Of a stretch of 64,000 bases of DNA, positions 28,645 through 38,534 are shown one piece after another. The notes below the pieces were generated by a model. It saw nothing but the letters and a program-made list of their open reading frames with translations, had not been told where the DNA came from and did no database searches. The first letter of the stretch is position 1; each line of letters begins with the position of its first letter. The position numbers and the translations under genes are program-made. This DNA is from a bacterium (GTDB lineage: Bacteria; UBA8248; JACPRG01; G963555815): the NCBI GenBank assembly GCA_965218795.1, contig OZ244653.1, positions 1,248,001-1,312,000 on the forward strand. Direction: 5' to 3'.

Positions 28645-30390
28645 ATGAATAAAGGAGTCAAGCGTATTCAGAAGATCACCGGTCAGGTCACAGGTCTTCG
28701 ACACCAGCAGATTCGAGCGCTGGAGCGCCTGTGCCGCCGCAAAATCCCCCCCCATCAACTGATCACCTGGGAAGCCGCGCGCCTACTCGCAGAGACATCC
28801 TCCGCCATCGGCTGCCAAATCGGCATGCTCATCGCGAGAAGCGGAGAGATCCACTCTGTCATCGTAGGGGATGCCCGGGGAATCTTCATCCCCGATCTTC
28901 GAAGGGAACGCGGCGGCGGGCAACGCCTTCGCGGACTCAGACTGGTTCATACCCACCTTCGCGGAGAGGAACTGAGCCAGGACGACCTGACCGATCTCGC
29001 CCTCCTCCGGCTCGACTTGATCGCCGTCATTACGCTCACAGAGCAACAGGACCCCATTCTCCCGCACGAGGTCCAGATCGCACACCTCCTGCCGGAAAAT
29101 CCGGAAGAAAACCGGTGGGAGATCCTCGATCCGGCCCCTCTGGACCGGCTCGATCTGGATTGTACCGCTTTCATTGAAGGACTGGAGCGGGAACTGACCC
29201 GGGCTCAGGGTGCCCGAGCCGATATCGATAGCCGGGAACGAGCCATCCTGGTTCACGTGGCCACCATGGATGAGACGGATCATCACCGCAACGGATTCCG
29301 GCCGGTGAGGCGCCACGCCGAGGCGTCATTGGAAGAACTGAAGGAGCTTGCCCGCAGTGACGGGCTTGTCGTCCTGGACTCCATCGTCCAGCGCAGACCA
29401 CGGGCCGATCACCGTACCGTCCTCGGAAGGGGAAAGCTGAAAGACCTCGTCATTCAGAGCCTGCAGATGGGCGCAGACCTCATCGTGTTCGATCGGGAAC
29501 TGACACCCGCCCAGCTGCGCTCCCTGACGGAATTCATGGACCTGAAGGTGATTGACCGAAATCAGCTGATCCTGGACATCTTCGCTCAGCGGGCGAAAAG
29601 CCGGGACGGCAAAATTCAGGTCGAGCTGGCGCAACTCCAGTACATGTTGCCCCGACTGGTCGCCCAAGACCGGGCCATGTCCCGGCTGGCTGGAGGAATT
29701 GGGACCCGCGGGCCGGGCGAGATGAAGCTGGAGATCGACCGGCGGCGTATCCGAGAGCGGATCTCGCGTTTGGAAAAGGAGCTTCGTCATCTGCTGCGGG
29801 GGCGGAGTCAGCGAAGAACGCTGCGCAAGAAGAATCAGTTGCCTATTCTTTCCATTGTCGGATACACGAATGTCGGAAAGTCCACGCTCCTGAACACCAT
29901 GACCCAGAGCGTCGTGGACGCGGAAGACCGACTCTTCGCAACGCTCGACCCGACAACCCGTCGGGTGCGGTTCCCTGAGGAAATGGAGGTCATCCTGACC
30001 GACACGGTCGGCTTTATCTACGATCTGCCCGAGGAGCTGATGGCCGCCTTTCGAGCGACCCTGGCCGAACTCGAGGACGCTGACGTGCTGATCCACCTCG
30101 TTGATATCTCCAATCCCCAGTTCGAAGAGCAGATGGATGCCGTCCACCGAATTCTCGGGCAATTGAAGCTGGATGAAATGCCCCGCCTTCTGGTCTTCAA
30201 CAAGATCGATCGGTCCGACCCTGTAACCGTGGAAAAACTCTGCCATCGGTACGAAGCCATTGGCATCTCAGCCATCAAACCCGAAACCCTGACTCCGCTC
30301 ATTGAGCAGGCCCAGCGGACCCTTCTGAAAAAGTTCGAAAAAGCAAAGGCCGGGGCGAACCCCGGCCTCGCAACACAACTTTCCCCTTGA
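28645..30390 (+). CDS. hflX: GTPase HflX (long N-terminal form)
   Basis: LILDIFAQRA, QVELAQL, GTRGPGE, GYTNVGKST, LFATLD, DTVGF, NKID. Start may be ATT 28666. Confidence 0.95.
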   Translation: MNKGVKRIQKITGQVTGLRHQQIRALERLCRRKIPPHQLITWEAARLLAETSSAIGCQIGMLIARSGEIHSVIVGDARGIFIPDLRRERGGGQRLRGLRLVHTHLRGEELSQDDLTDLALLRLDLIAVITLTEQQDPILPHEVQIAHLLPENPEENRWEILDPAPLDRLDLDCTAFIEGLERELTRAQGARADIDSRERAILVHVATMDETDHHRNGFRPVRRHAEASLEELKELARSDGLVVLDSIVQRRPRADHRTVLGRGKLKDLVIQSLQMGADLIVFDRELTPAQLRSLTEFMDLKVIDRNQLILDIFAQRAKSRDGKIQVELAQLQYMLPRLVAQDRAMSRLAGGIGTRGPGEMKLEIDRRRIRERISRLEKELRHLLRGRSQRRTLRKKNQLPILSIVGYTNVGKSTLLNTMTQSVVDAEDRLFATLDPTTRRVRFPEEMEVILTDTVGFIYDLPEELMAAFRATLAELEDADVLIHLVDISNPQFEEQMDAVHRILGQLKLDEMPRLLVFNKIDRSDPVTVEKLCHRYEAIGISAIKPETLTPLIEQAQRTLLKKFEKAKAGANPGLATQLSP

Positions 30391-30434
30391 TTCCATCACA
30401 AAGCCGGCGGTCTCCCGACCGGCTCTGAGCAGTC

Positions 30435-31112
30435 CTATTGAGCCGTCTGAGCGGCGACCTTTGTAATGCTCTCGAGATGAGCGATAACGTCATCCACCGG
30501 CATCACATCAGCGTATTTCGTGTCCATATCGACCAACGTCACCTGGTGGGAGAGCTGGGCCCGATCGGCCACGCATTCCTCGGGAACAATGACCCGATAA
30601 TTGAGGGAAAAAGCGTCTACGACGGTTGCCCGAACGCACCCGCTCGTCACCATACCCGTCACAATCAGCGTGTCCACATTGTGGTAGATGAGATACCCGT
30701 TCAACTCGGTCCCGAAAAAGCCGCTGGGCTTAGTCTTCCGAACGACGATCTCGTCGTCCAAGGGCGCCACTTCCTCAACAATCTCATGGGCCTTGGGGGA
30801 GCTCAGCAGCGGATCTTCATAGCGGGACTTCCATCGGCCTTTGAGGATCTCCTTATCCGCCACGATTCCGCCGGTGTAGAGGACGGGGATCTCAGCGTTG
30901 CGGGAAGCCTCCAACAGCCGCCCGATGGCCGCCGCGCATGGACGGCCGGTCTTTTCACAGGCAAGGGGATACTCATCCTCGACGAACGCCCGCGTCATAT
31001 CGACGACTACCAAGGCCGGACGCTCCCCCCATCCGATGGGATCGCCCGTATGACCCTTATCGAAATATCTCAGATCCTCTTCAGAGAACATGCTGGTATC
31101 GATAGTCATCAC
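30435..31112 (-). CDS. Isochorismatase-family cysteine hydrolase (amidohydrolase-like)
   Basis: PALVVVDM, K..PSGFFGT, TSGCVRATVVDA. Confidence 0.9.
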   Translation of the reverse strand: MMTIDTSMFSEEDLRYFDKGHTGDPIGWGERPALVVVDMTRAFVEDEYPLACEKTGRPCAAAIGRLLEASRNAEIPVLYTGGIVADKEILKGRWKSRYEDPLLSSPKAHEIVEEVAPLDDEIVVRKTKPSGFFGTELNGYLIYHNVDTLIVTGMVTSGCVRATVVDAFSLNYRVIVPEECVADRAQLSHQVTLVDMDTKYADVMPVDDVIAHLESITKVAAQTAQ

Positions 31113-31277
31113 GAAATTCTCCTTTCTCCTCCAAATCGACCTCGTGCCTGAACAGCAGGCCCGCTCGCCAAATGCCGTATCATCTCATTCACTTGGGCTC
31201 TTGATCTGCACAGAGTATACAGAAAATGAGACCTTTTGACGAATTGACTTCATCGCGTCATTCCCCTGCGGATTCGG

Positions 31278-32120
31278 ATGAGTACGCATCGAAATAAAGA
31301 ATTCGACGACTGGCTGCGATTGCTGTTGAAACAATTGGGTTATCGGTGGCCCGCTTACCGGAAGAAACGGAAAACCGTCCGGAAGCGAGTAGAAAAGCGG
31401 GCGCGAGCTTTGGGCGTTCCTTCCTGGAAGGAATATTCCGACGTCTTGGAAGAGCGTCCAGATGAGTGGAAGCGGCTGCATGAACTCCTTTCGATTACCG
31501 TCAGCCGATATTTCCGGGAGCCGCCTTTATTCGACTATCTCAGCACAGACGTGTTCCCTGCGCTCACAACGTTGGGCGACGACCCGGTCGCCGCCTGGTG
31601 CGCGGGGTGCGCTTCCGGGCAGGAGGCATACTCGCTGGCCATCCAATGGGAAAATGATCAGGAAAGAACGGCGCGGGATCCCGAGCTCCGAATTCTTGCG
31701 ACCGACATTGACCGCGCCTCGCTCGCAAGAGCGACAGCAGGATCGTTCATGCGGAGTGAGGTCGAACAGGTCCCTCCTTCATTTCTTCACCGATATTTCA
31801 TCGAAGAGCGCGATACCTTCCAAATCCGGCCGGGGATAGCCCGCCGCGTTCGTTTCGACCGCCTGGATCTGCTGACCGATCCCTATCCGGGATCCATCCA
31901 TTTGGTTTTTTGCAGGTGGGCGGCCTTCTTCTACTTCGGAGAGAAGCTCCAGGCATCGGTCCTTTCGAAAATTTCGGACTCGCTGGTCAGCGGCGGATAT
32001 CTCGTCATCGGCAAGCGGGAGGTTTTGCCGCCGGGCAGCATGAATTTTTTTCTGCAGGCGGAGGGACGAACGGACGTGTACATTCGAAAGAACCGGGCCG
32101 CCAATCCGCAGCAGATCTAG
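31278..32120 (+). CDS. CheR-family protein-glutamate methyltransferase
   Basis: TVSRYFRE, WCAGCASGQEAYSLA, ATDID, FCR, GGYLVIG. Confidence 0.88.
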   Translation: MSTHRNKEFDDWLRLLLKQLGYRWPAYRKKRKTVRKRVEKRARALGVPSWKEYSDVLEERPDEWKRLHELLSITVSRYFREPPLFDYLSTDVFPALTTLGDDPVAAWCAGCASGQEAYSLAIQWENDQERTARDPELRILATDIDRASLARATAGSFMRSEVEQVPPSFLHRYFIEERDTFQIRPGIARRVRFDRLDLLTDPYPGSIHLVFCRWAAFFYFGEKLQASVLSKISDSLVSGGYLVIGKREVLPPGSMNFFLQAEGRTDVYIRKNRAANPQQI

Positions 32121-32204
32121 CAGATCTAACGGAAGAAGTATCTTCTGTTTGCAATCATCAGGTTCGATGAGGAAAGATCGAGCCATCCGCGCGAGGGGAT
32201 TGAA

Positions 32205-32837
32205 TTGGGCGAGACCCTGTGGGCTTTCTTGGTGAGTGTGGGCTTCATCTCGATGACGGGCGTAATGGCGCCCGGGCCCGTTACGGCCTCCGCCATCGCG
32301 CTCAGCCGCACCCGGCGATGGGCGGGCGTCGGGGTTGGAGCCGGACATTGTCTCGTGGAAGTCCCCATCCTGGCTGTCTTGGTATGGGGGTCGGGATCCG
32401 TGATGCAGGAACCCGTCTTTCAACGGGTTCTCGGAATCAGCGGAGGACTCGTGATGACCTGGATGGGGATCTCGATGATTCGGGAAAGGTCCAAATGGGC
32501 CTCCGATCAGGAAAGCGCCTACGAAAGGGCGGGTATCACCGGTGGACCCTTGCGCGCCGGGATTCTGACGAGCCTGGGCAACCCTTACATCTTTCTCTGG
32601 TGGGCGACCGTCGGAGCGGGCCTGGTGGCCGCAGGCGAGCGCTTTGGCGCCGCGGGGCTTGCGGGGATGGTAGCCGTCCACTGGGTCTGCGACCTCGGTT
32701 GGGGCGGCGCCCTCGGGGTGTCCTCGCACGGCGTTTTAGGGAGACTCCCGCCCAGGGGCAGGTCTGCGGTTTTTGGAGTTTGCGGCTTGGCGCTCGTGGG
32801 ATTCGGCGCCCGGTTCTTCCTGACGGGTGTTCTCTAG
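32205..32837 (+). CDS. LysE family translocator
   Basis: MAPGP, GH..VE, NPY..LWW.TVG. Confidence 0.85.
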   Translation: MGETLWAFLVSVGFISMTGVMAPGPVTASAIALSRTRRWAGVGVGAGHCLVEVPILAVLVWGSGSVMQEPVFQRVLGISGGLVMTWMGISMIRERSKWASDQESAYERAGITGGPLRAGILTSLGNPYIFLWWATVGAGLVAAGERFGAAGLAGMVAVHWVCDLGWGGALGVSSHGVLGRLPPRGRSAVFGVCGLALVGFGARFFLTGVL

Positions 32838-33879
32838 CCGGCAGGCTCCTCTCTGGTCGTGACGATTCGCCCCAGCGTGAGGTTCTCTTTCCACAGGCAA
32901 CCCAGGCCGATAAGCACGATCGGCCCGAACGCGACGATGTGGACGACGACGGCGAAACTGAGGGCCGCCCCCTCAGAGACGCCATAAAACATGGCGGCCA
33001 TCACCGTGACGGCGTGAAATGTCCCAACGAACCCGGGGGATGACGGGATCATCACGCCGATGGCCTGCATGACGATGATCAACAGGACGGCATGCCAGGG
33101 CAGGTACTGGCCGAACGCCAAGAGCGTAAAGTAGTTCGTCCCGAGCCCAATCGTCCAGAGGAGGATCGTCCACCAAAGGATCATCATCAGATGGGCCGGC
33201 ACAATGGGGACGTAAATACCTTGAATGAATCCGTCGAGTGTGTCTTCGGCTTTCTTGGCGAACCGCGGCGAAAACCGCACCAGCAGCCAATCGACAAAAC
33301 GAAGGGTCTTCTCACGAGCAACGCGCAGGAACACCAGGAACAGAATGATTCCGGCGTAGAAAAAAAAGAGAAAAAGCCGGCCCACCGCAGACCGCTTCTC
33401 ATCGAAACCCCGCCCAGGGCCGTTGCCCCGGGGGAAGAACTCCCGGGGTCTCCGCCTTCGGGAAAGGGGACCACCCACAGTGCGATCACGAGGTACATGA
33501 GCAGCCAGAGTCCGTCCAATAGACGTTCGACGATAATGGAAGCGAACACCGCGCTTTTGCTTTTCCCTGAACGGTGCCCCAGGCACCAGGCTCGGACGAA
33601 CTCTCCAATCCGTGCCGGCAAGAGTCCGTTGGCCATAAAACCGATGAAGGTGGCGGAGAGCCGCGCGTCGAAAGAAGTTTGCAGGTCCTCTCTGAGGAGA
33701 TACCGCCACCGCCAGGCCCGAATGAAAATCAACGAAACAGCGCAGAAAACCCCCGGCATGATCCATCCGTAATGGGCTGTCCTGAACGCATCGGCGACCT
33801 CGCCGAAATTGACCTGATAGACGAGGAAGGCCACGGCGGCCGCGCTGATCAGGATGCCTATCCAGAAATTAAGCTTCAC
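32834..33879 (-). pseudogene. Lysylphosphatidylglycerol synthase TM-domain/flippase-like protein, frameshifted at a T8 tract
   Basis: The N-terminal half (RAWRWR, IGFMAN.LLPARIGE, ERLLD) lies in ORF 33187..33927 and the C-terminal half (IPSSPGFVGTFH) in ORF 32834..33766; the frame switches at A8 33360-33367 (+ strand). Confidence 0.8.
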
Positions 33880-34810
33880 CGGGTTCTTCCTTGAAGTATG
33901 CCTTCGCCGTTTCCACATCCCGGCCAATCTGCTCGATGAGACACTCTATGGAAGGGAACGGCATTTCCGGACGAATTCGACGGATGAATCGGACTTCAAT
34001 GGTCTCGCCATAAAGGTCGCCGTCAAATTCCAACAAGTGAGCTTCAATGCTCAGGGTGTCTCCGCCGAAGGTTGGGTTCACCCCTACGTTGACGACAGCC
34101 TCATGCGCCTCACCCCCCAAAACGATGCTTGCCACATACACCCCCTTGGCCGGGATGATTTGATTGCCGGGGTGTACATTTGCGGTGGGAAACCCCAGGC
34201 CCGCCCCACGATGCGCTCCATGAATCACTTCACCCCTGACGCTATAACCCCTTCCGAGAAAACGGGCCGCCGTCTCGACGTCCCCCTCTCTGACCAGGGA
34301 ACGAATTCGTGTGCTGCTGACGACATCGACGCCGCCCATTTCAAAGGCTCCGATGATGTGGGCATGAGAGCCGGCCCGGGCGGCCTCTTCCTTCAGAAAG
34401 TTCGCGTTTCCCGCTTTTCCCCGTCCGAAGGAGAAATTGAATCCGACTACGATTTCACGAGCTCCAATGATCTCCAGCAAAACTCTCTGGACGAAGTCCT
34501 CCGCTTCAATCCTCGAAAAATCCCGGTCGAAAGGAACGGTTACGAGAAGATCGATCCCCGCCTGTCGTATGAGGTCCTGCTTGGTCGGCTGATCTGCAAG
34601 ATACTGCAGCTTCCTGTCTGGAGTGAAAAACTGGGCCGGATGCGGCCAGAAGGTCATAGCCACAGCCGTTCCCTGATTTCGCCGGGCGATGGCAACGGTT
34701 TCGCTGAGAATCCGACGGTGCGCGATATGAACGCCGTCAAAGTTCCCGATGGTCAGAACGGGATAGGCCAGATCTGCGGGAAATCCATCCAGTCCTTGAA
34801 TGATTCTCAT
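33869..34810 (-). CDS. ribF: Bifunctional riboflavin kinase/FAD synthetase
   Basis: IGNFDGVH, SSTRIR, GFPTAN, GVNPTF, EAHL. Confidence 0.96.
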   Translation of the reverse strand: MRIIQGLDGFPADLAYPVLTIGNFDGVHIAHRRILSETVAIARRNQGTAVAMTFWPHPAQFFTPDRKLQYLADQPTKQDLIRQAGIDLLVTVPFDRDFSRIEAEDFVQRVLLEIIGAREIVVGFNFSFGRGKAGNANFLKEEAARAGSHAHIIGAFEMGGVDVVSSTRIRSLVREGDVETAARFLGRGYSVRGEVIHGAHRGAGLGFPTANVHPGNQIIPAKGVYVASIVLGGEAHEAVVNVGVNPTFGGDTLSIEAHLLEFDGDLYGETIEVRFIRRIRPEMPFPSIECLIEQIGRDVETAKAYFKEEPGEA

Positions 34811-34858
34811 GTACATATAAAGGATAGGGAAATTTGGTTGGAGGCTGGACGAGTCACA

Positions 34859-34886
34859 TTGACATGGAGAATCACTACTCTAAAAT
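34859..34886 (+). promoter_or_regulatory. Sigma70-like promoter for tolC-ruvX-mltG
   Basis: TTGACA-16 nt-TAAAAT. Confidence 0.6.
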
Positions 34887-35035
34887 ACTTTCCAGATATA
34901 GCACTCGGGTGGACTCCCTTCAACCATTTCGATGGATTCTGGGTAGAGACAAAGGGACACACCGCAGGCTCGGCAAAGATGGCTGTACCGTCCACAGCGT
35001 TTGACAGCGTGTCGCTCATTCCTTAGAGGCTCCCG

Positions 35036-36808
35036 ATGATAGGCGGACTCAGTGTACAACCGAATCATCGCACCAAGCGTCCCGAGATCCAAGATTCGAG
35101 AGGGTTCCATCCCGGCCGGGCAACACGGTTCTCCCCGATTTCGATTCTTCCGAGACGGATGCGGGCCTTATCTCCGCTTGCCGGAGGGCTCCTTGTTGTT
35201 TCCGGTTTGTTGACCCCCGCCAATAGCTTTGGACAACTCCGCGCCGCAGATGAGGTGAAAGGCGCCCCAAGGATGCCGGCCCGTCTCACGGCGCAGGCGA
35301 CTCCCGCGCCCAAGGTGGATCACGGGGAGACGAAGGCCCCCAAATCCACAACGTCAATGCCGGCCTCGGGGCCCCCTCAAGCGCTTCTCTCCCTGTCCCT
35401 CAATGACAGCATTCAAATGGGGCTGGCGAAAAACTTTCAGATACGTATGGATCAGCTCAACCCGCGCATCCGGGCTCAGGACGTTACCCGGGAAGATGCC
35501 GAGTTCGATACCGTGGGGTTCGTCAACGGCAGTCTCGAGGAGGCCTTTGAGCCTTCCAATTCTGCTTTGGGGATGGTTCGACGGACCGAAACCGACACGC
35601 AAACCTTCAATGTTGGAATCCGTAGACGCTACAAGACGGGTACGAGCTATGAGATCAGAACCGGACTGGACAAATCCAAGAACAACGCCGAATTCATCCG
35701 GCTTAATCCGGCCGTTGAGCCTACGTTCTCTCTTTCACTCACACAGAACCTGCTCAAGAACTTCGGCCGTCATGTCAACTCCACCGCCATTCGGGTCGCG
35801 CAGAACGATCAAGCAATTTCCGCCAGCCAGTTTCGGGACAGCGTAATCAATGTGGTCACGGATGTCGAGAATTTCTATTGGGAGCTCGTTTTCGCCATTG
35901 AGGAGCTCGAGGTCAAGAAAAGATCATTGGCCCTTGCGCAGGATCTACTCCGCCGTAACAAGATCCAGGTCGAGGTGGGGACACTTGCGCCCCTTGAGAT
36001 TGTTCAGGCCCAGGCCAGCGTCGCCAGCCGGGAGGCTGAAGTCATCACCGCCGATCGTCAGGTCCGGGATAACGATGATCGGCTCAAGCGTGCCTTGAAC
36101 CTTCCCTGGAATACGCGAATCCGTCCGACCCAGCAATATCACAAGGGCCTGCCGAAGGTGGTCCGGCGTGTGCCCGACGTCCAGAAAAGTTTCGCAATCG
36201 CCCTCAAGAACCGGCCCGATTACCAGCAATCAAAGATTGATCTGGAGAACCGGAACATTCAAACCCAATTTGCCAAGAACCAACTTCTTCCTACCCTCGA
36301 CCTGACGGGAAGCATTGCGCTGAACGGCCTGGGCCACGATTTTGCGGAAGCCGTGGACGACTTTGGCCGGGGGGAATTCTATCAATGGGCGGTCGGGTTT
36401 ACCTTCGAGTTTCCCTTCAGCAATCGCTCCGCGAGAAGCACGCTGACCCAAAGGAAGCTGGAAACGGCGCGAGCCCTGCTGAGTCTCAAAAACCTTGAAC
36501 AGCAGATCTTTCTTGAAGTGCGGAAGGCCGTACGCGCCATATCGACCGCGCAAAAGCAGGCGGACTCCACCCGGGCGGCCCGGTTCCTGGCTGAAAGGCA
36601 GCTCGACGCGGAGGAGAAAAAGTTTGCGGTCGGACTCTCCACCAACTTTCAGGTTTTGACGTTCCAGGACGACCTGTCCACCGCCCGAAGCGCCGAGACG
36701 CGGGCGACCATCGATCAGATTGAGTCCCTGGTCAATTTCCGCAAGGTCACGGGCCAAACCCTGTTGGCCAACCAGATCCAGTTGGAAGGGTCCGCCCGTC
36801 CGCGCTGA
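35036..36808 (+). CDS. TolC-family outer membrane efflux protein
   Basis: LSLNDSI..GL..N, LTQNLLKNFG, YWEL, LPTLDL, AE..KF.VGLST; start uncertain. Confidence 0.88.
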   Translation: MIGGLSVQPNHRTKRPEIQDSRGFHPGRATRFSPISILPRRMRALSPLAGGLLVVSGLLTPANSFGQLRAADEVKGAPRMPARLTAQATPAPKVDHGETKAPKSTTSMPASGPPQALLSLSLNDSIQMGLAKNFQIRMDQLNPRIRAQDVTREDAEFDTVGFVNGSLEEAFEPSNSALGMVRRTETDTQTFNVGIRRRYKTGTSYEIRTGLDKSKNNAEFIRLNPAVEPTFSLSLTQNLLKNFGRHVNSTAIRVAQNDQAISASQFRDSVINVVTDVENFYWELVFAIEELEVKKRSLALAQDLLRRNKIQVEVGTLAPLEIVQAQASVASREAEVITADRQVRDNDDRLKRALNLPWNTRIRPTQQYHKGLPKVVRRVPDVQKSFAIALKNRPDYQQSKIDLENRNIQTQFAKNQLLPTLDLTGSIALNGLGHDFAEAVDDFGRGEFYQWAVGFTFEFPFSNRSARSTLTQRKLETARALLSLKNLEQQIFLEVRKAVRAISTAQKQADSTRAARFLAERQLDAEEKKFAVGLSTNFQVLTFQDDLSTARSAETRATIDQIESLVNFRKVTGQTLLANQIQLEGSARPR

Positions 36809-36833
36809 TGCCCGCCCTCACGAGATTCAGCCG

Positions 36834-37274
36834 TTGACCGATTTGATTGGACGTATATTGGCGGTGGATCTGGGCGCCCGGCGCATAGGTCTCGCTCTCA
36901 GCGACCCCCTCGGGCTGACCGCCCAACCCCTTCCCACCCTCCAAGCCGAAAGCCGGGAGACCGATGTCAGGGAGGTGAGTCGCATCACGGCCGATCACGA
37001 GGTTCAATCCGTCATCGTGGGCCTGCCCCTCCGGATGGACGGACGCGCCGGCCCTGAGGCCCGCCGGGCCGAGCGATTCGCCGAGGAATTACGGATGGCC
37101 ACGGGCTTGGCGGTCCGGACCTGGGACGAACGCCTGACCACTGTCATATCCGAGCGGAGCCTGATTGAATCGGGACGAAGCCGGAAGAAACGGCAGGCGG
37201 TCATCGACTCAGTTGCATCAATACTCATCCTTCAAAATTATCTGGATTATCTGAAGAACAAAAAACCCGCTTAG
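36834..37274 (+). CDS. ruvX: RuvX/YqgF resolvase-like protein
   Basis: RILAVDLG.RRIGLALSD, VGLP, WDERLTT, IDSVAS.ILQ. Confidence 0.93.
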   Translation: MTDLIGRILAVDLGARRIGLALSDPLGLTAQPLPTLQAESRETDVREVSRITADHEVQSVIVGLPLRMDGRAGPEARRAERFAEELRMATGLAVRTWDERLTTVISERSLIESGRSRKKRQAVIDSVASILILQNYLDYLKNKKPA

Positions 37275-37281
37275 GCTCCTC

Positions 37282-38319
37282 ATGAGTCGATCTTTGAAAT
37301 CCATCATGTGGGGAACGGCCATCCTTGTGGCTCTTGCAGGATTCGGGGCCACTTGGCTCAATGTTCGGTTCCATCTCCCGCGCGACACCCATTCCCGTCC
37401 CAAGATCGTCGAGTTCCCAAAAGGCGCCAGCCTCCGCGAGATCGCCTCGAAACTCGAGACCGAGGGGCTGATTCGCAGCCGGTATGTGTTCACCCTGCTG
37501 AGCTGGGTGAGAGATCGCTCACGGGGGTTGAAGGCGGGGGAATATCGATTGAGCCCGGCCATGAGCCCGGAGGCCATTTTGGAGGTTCTGGCGCGCGGCG
37601 AGGTAGTCCAACACGCTTTGACCATTCCCGAGGGCTACAGTGTCCGGGAAATCGCCGCAGCCATTGAGCGCGCCGGATTCGGCCCGGCCCGGCAGGTCGA
37701 GGCAGTCGCATCCGACCCGGCCTTTCTGAAGCGCTTCCAGATCCCAGTACACAGCGCAGAAGGGTATTTGTTCCCGGAAACCTATCACTTCACGAAACGG
37801 ACTGTTCCTCCGAAGATCCTGTCACGAATGGTCCTGACCTTCAGGGAGCGATTCAAGCCGGAGATGGTCGCGCTGGCCAAGAAAAGAAGCCTTTCGGTTC
37901 ATCAGGTCGTGACCCTCGCCTCCATTATTGAACGCGAAACGGCAGTTCCGGCTGAGAGACCGCTCATCGCTGCCGTATATCTGAACCGTCTGAAACGAAG
38001 GATGCGTCTTCAGGCGGACCCCACGGTTCTATACGCTTTGAATCGGACGTCAGGCGCACTGACCCGTCAGGATCTTCATGTGGACTCGCCCTATAACACG
38101 TACCGGACTCGGGGCCTCCCTCCGGGGCCCATTGCCAGTCCGGGTCTTGAATCCCTGGACGCCGTTCTCCATCCGGCTCCGGTGGGTTATCTCTACTTCG
38201 TGGCACGGGGAGATGGAAGCCATATCTTCAGCCGGACGCTCAAAGAGCACCTGAAAGCCGTCTCCCAGTATCGGAAATCCCAAACCGGGAACGAGACCCG
38301 CACCCGGCCGGCCAATTAG
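37282..38319 (+). CDS. mltG: Endolytic transglycosylase MltG
   Basis: TIPEG, EGYLFPETY, LASIIERE, LQADPT, SPYNTY, GLPPGPI. Confidence 0.96.
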   Translation: MSRSLKSIMWGTAILVALAGFGATWLNVRFHLPRDTHSRPKIVEFPKGASLREIASKLETEGLIRSRYVFTLLSWVRDRSRGLKAGEYRLSPAMSPEAILEVLARGEVVQHALTIPEGYSVREIAAAIERAGFGPARQVEAVASDPAFLKRFQIPVHSAEGYLFPETYHFTKRTVPPKILSRMVLTFRERFKPEMVALAKKRSLSVHQVVTLASIIERETAVPAERPLIAAVYLNRLKRRMRLQADPTVLYALNRTSGALTRQDLHVDSPYNTYRTRGLPPGPIASPGLESLDAVLHPAPVGYLYFVARGDGSHIFSRTLKEHLKAVSQYRKSQTGNETRTRPAN

Positions 38320-38338
38320 CTTTGGATTCAATATTTCC

Positions 38339-38367
38339 TTGGCCCGGACCGAGTGTGTGTATATACT
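38339..38367 (+). promoter_or_regulatory. Sigma70-like promoter upstream of the DUF502-RomR-valS operon
   Basis: TTGGCC-17 nt-TATACT. Confidence 0.5.
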
Positions 38368-38534
38368 TGAATATCGGAAGTTTCAGGCGGGGCCGAAGAG
38401 CCACACGAGTGGAAATCCGAGGCAATATCTTTCCATTCACCCTGTTACGAAATAGATACGATCATCAAGAATCGGCCTTCAGCAGATTCATCGAATGACT
38501 CATTCCACACCGTTTCATCTTTCGGAGCCTGAAA

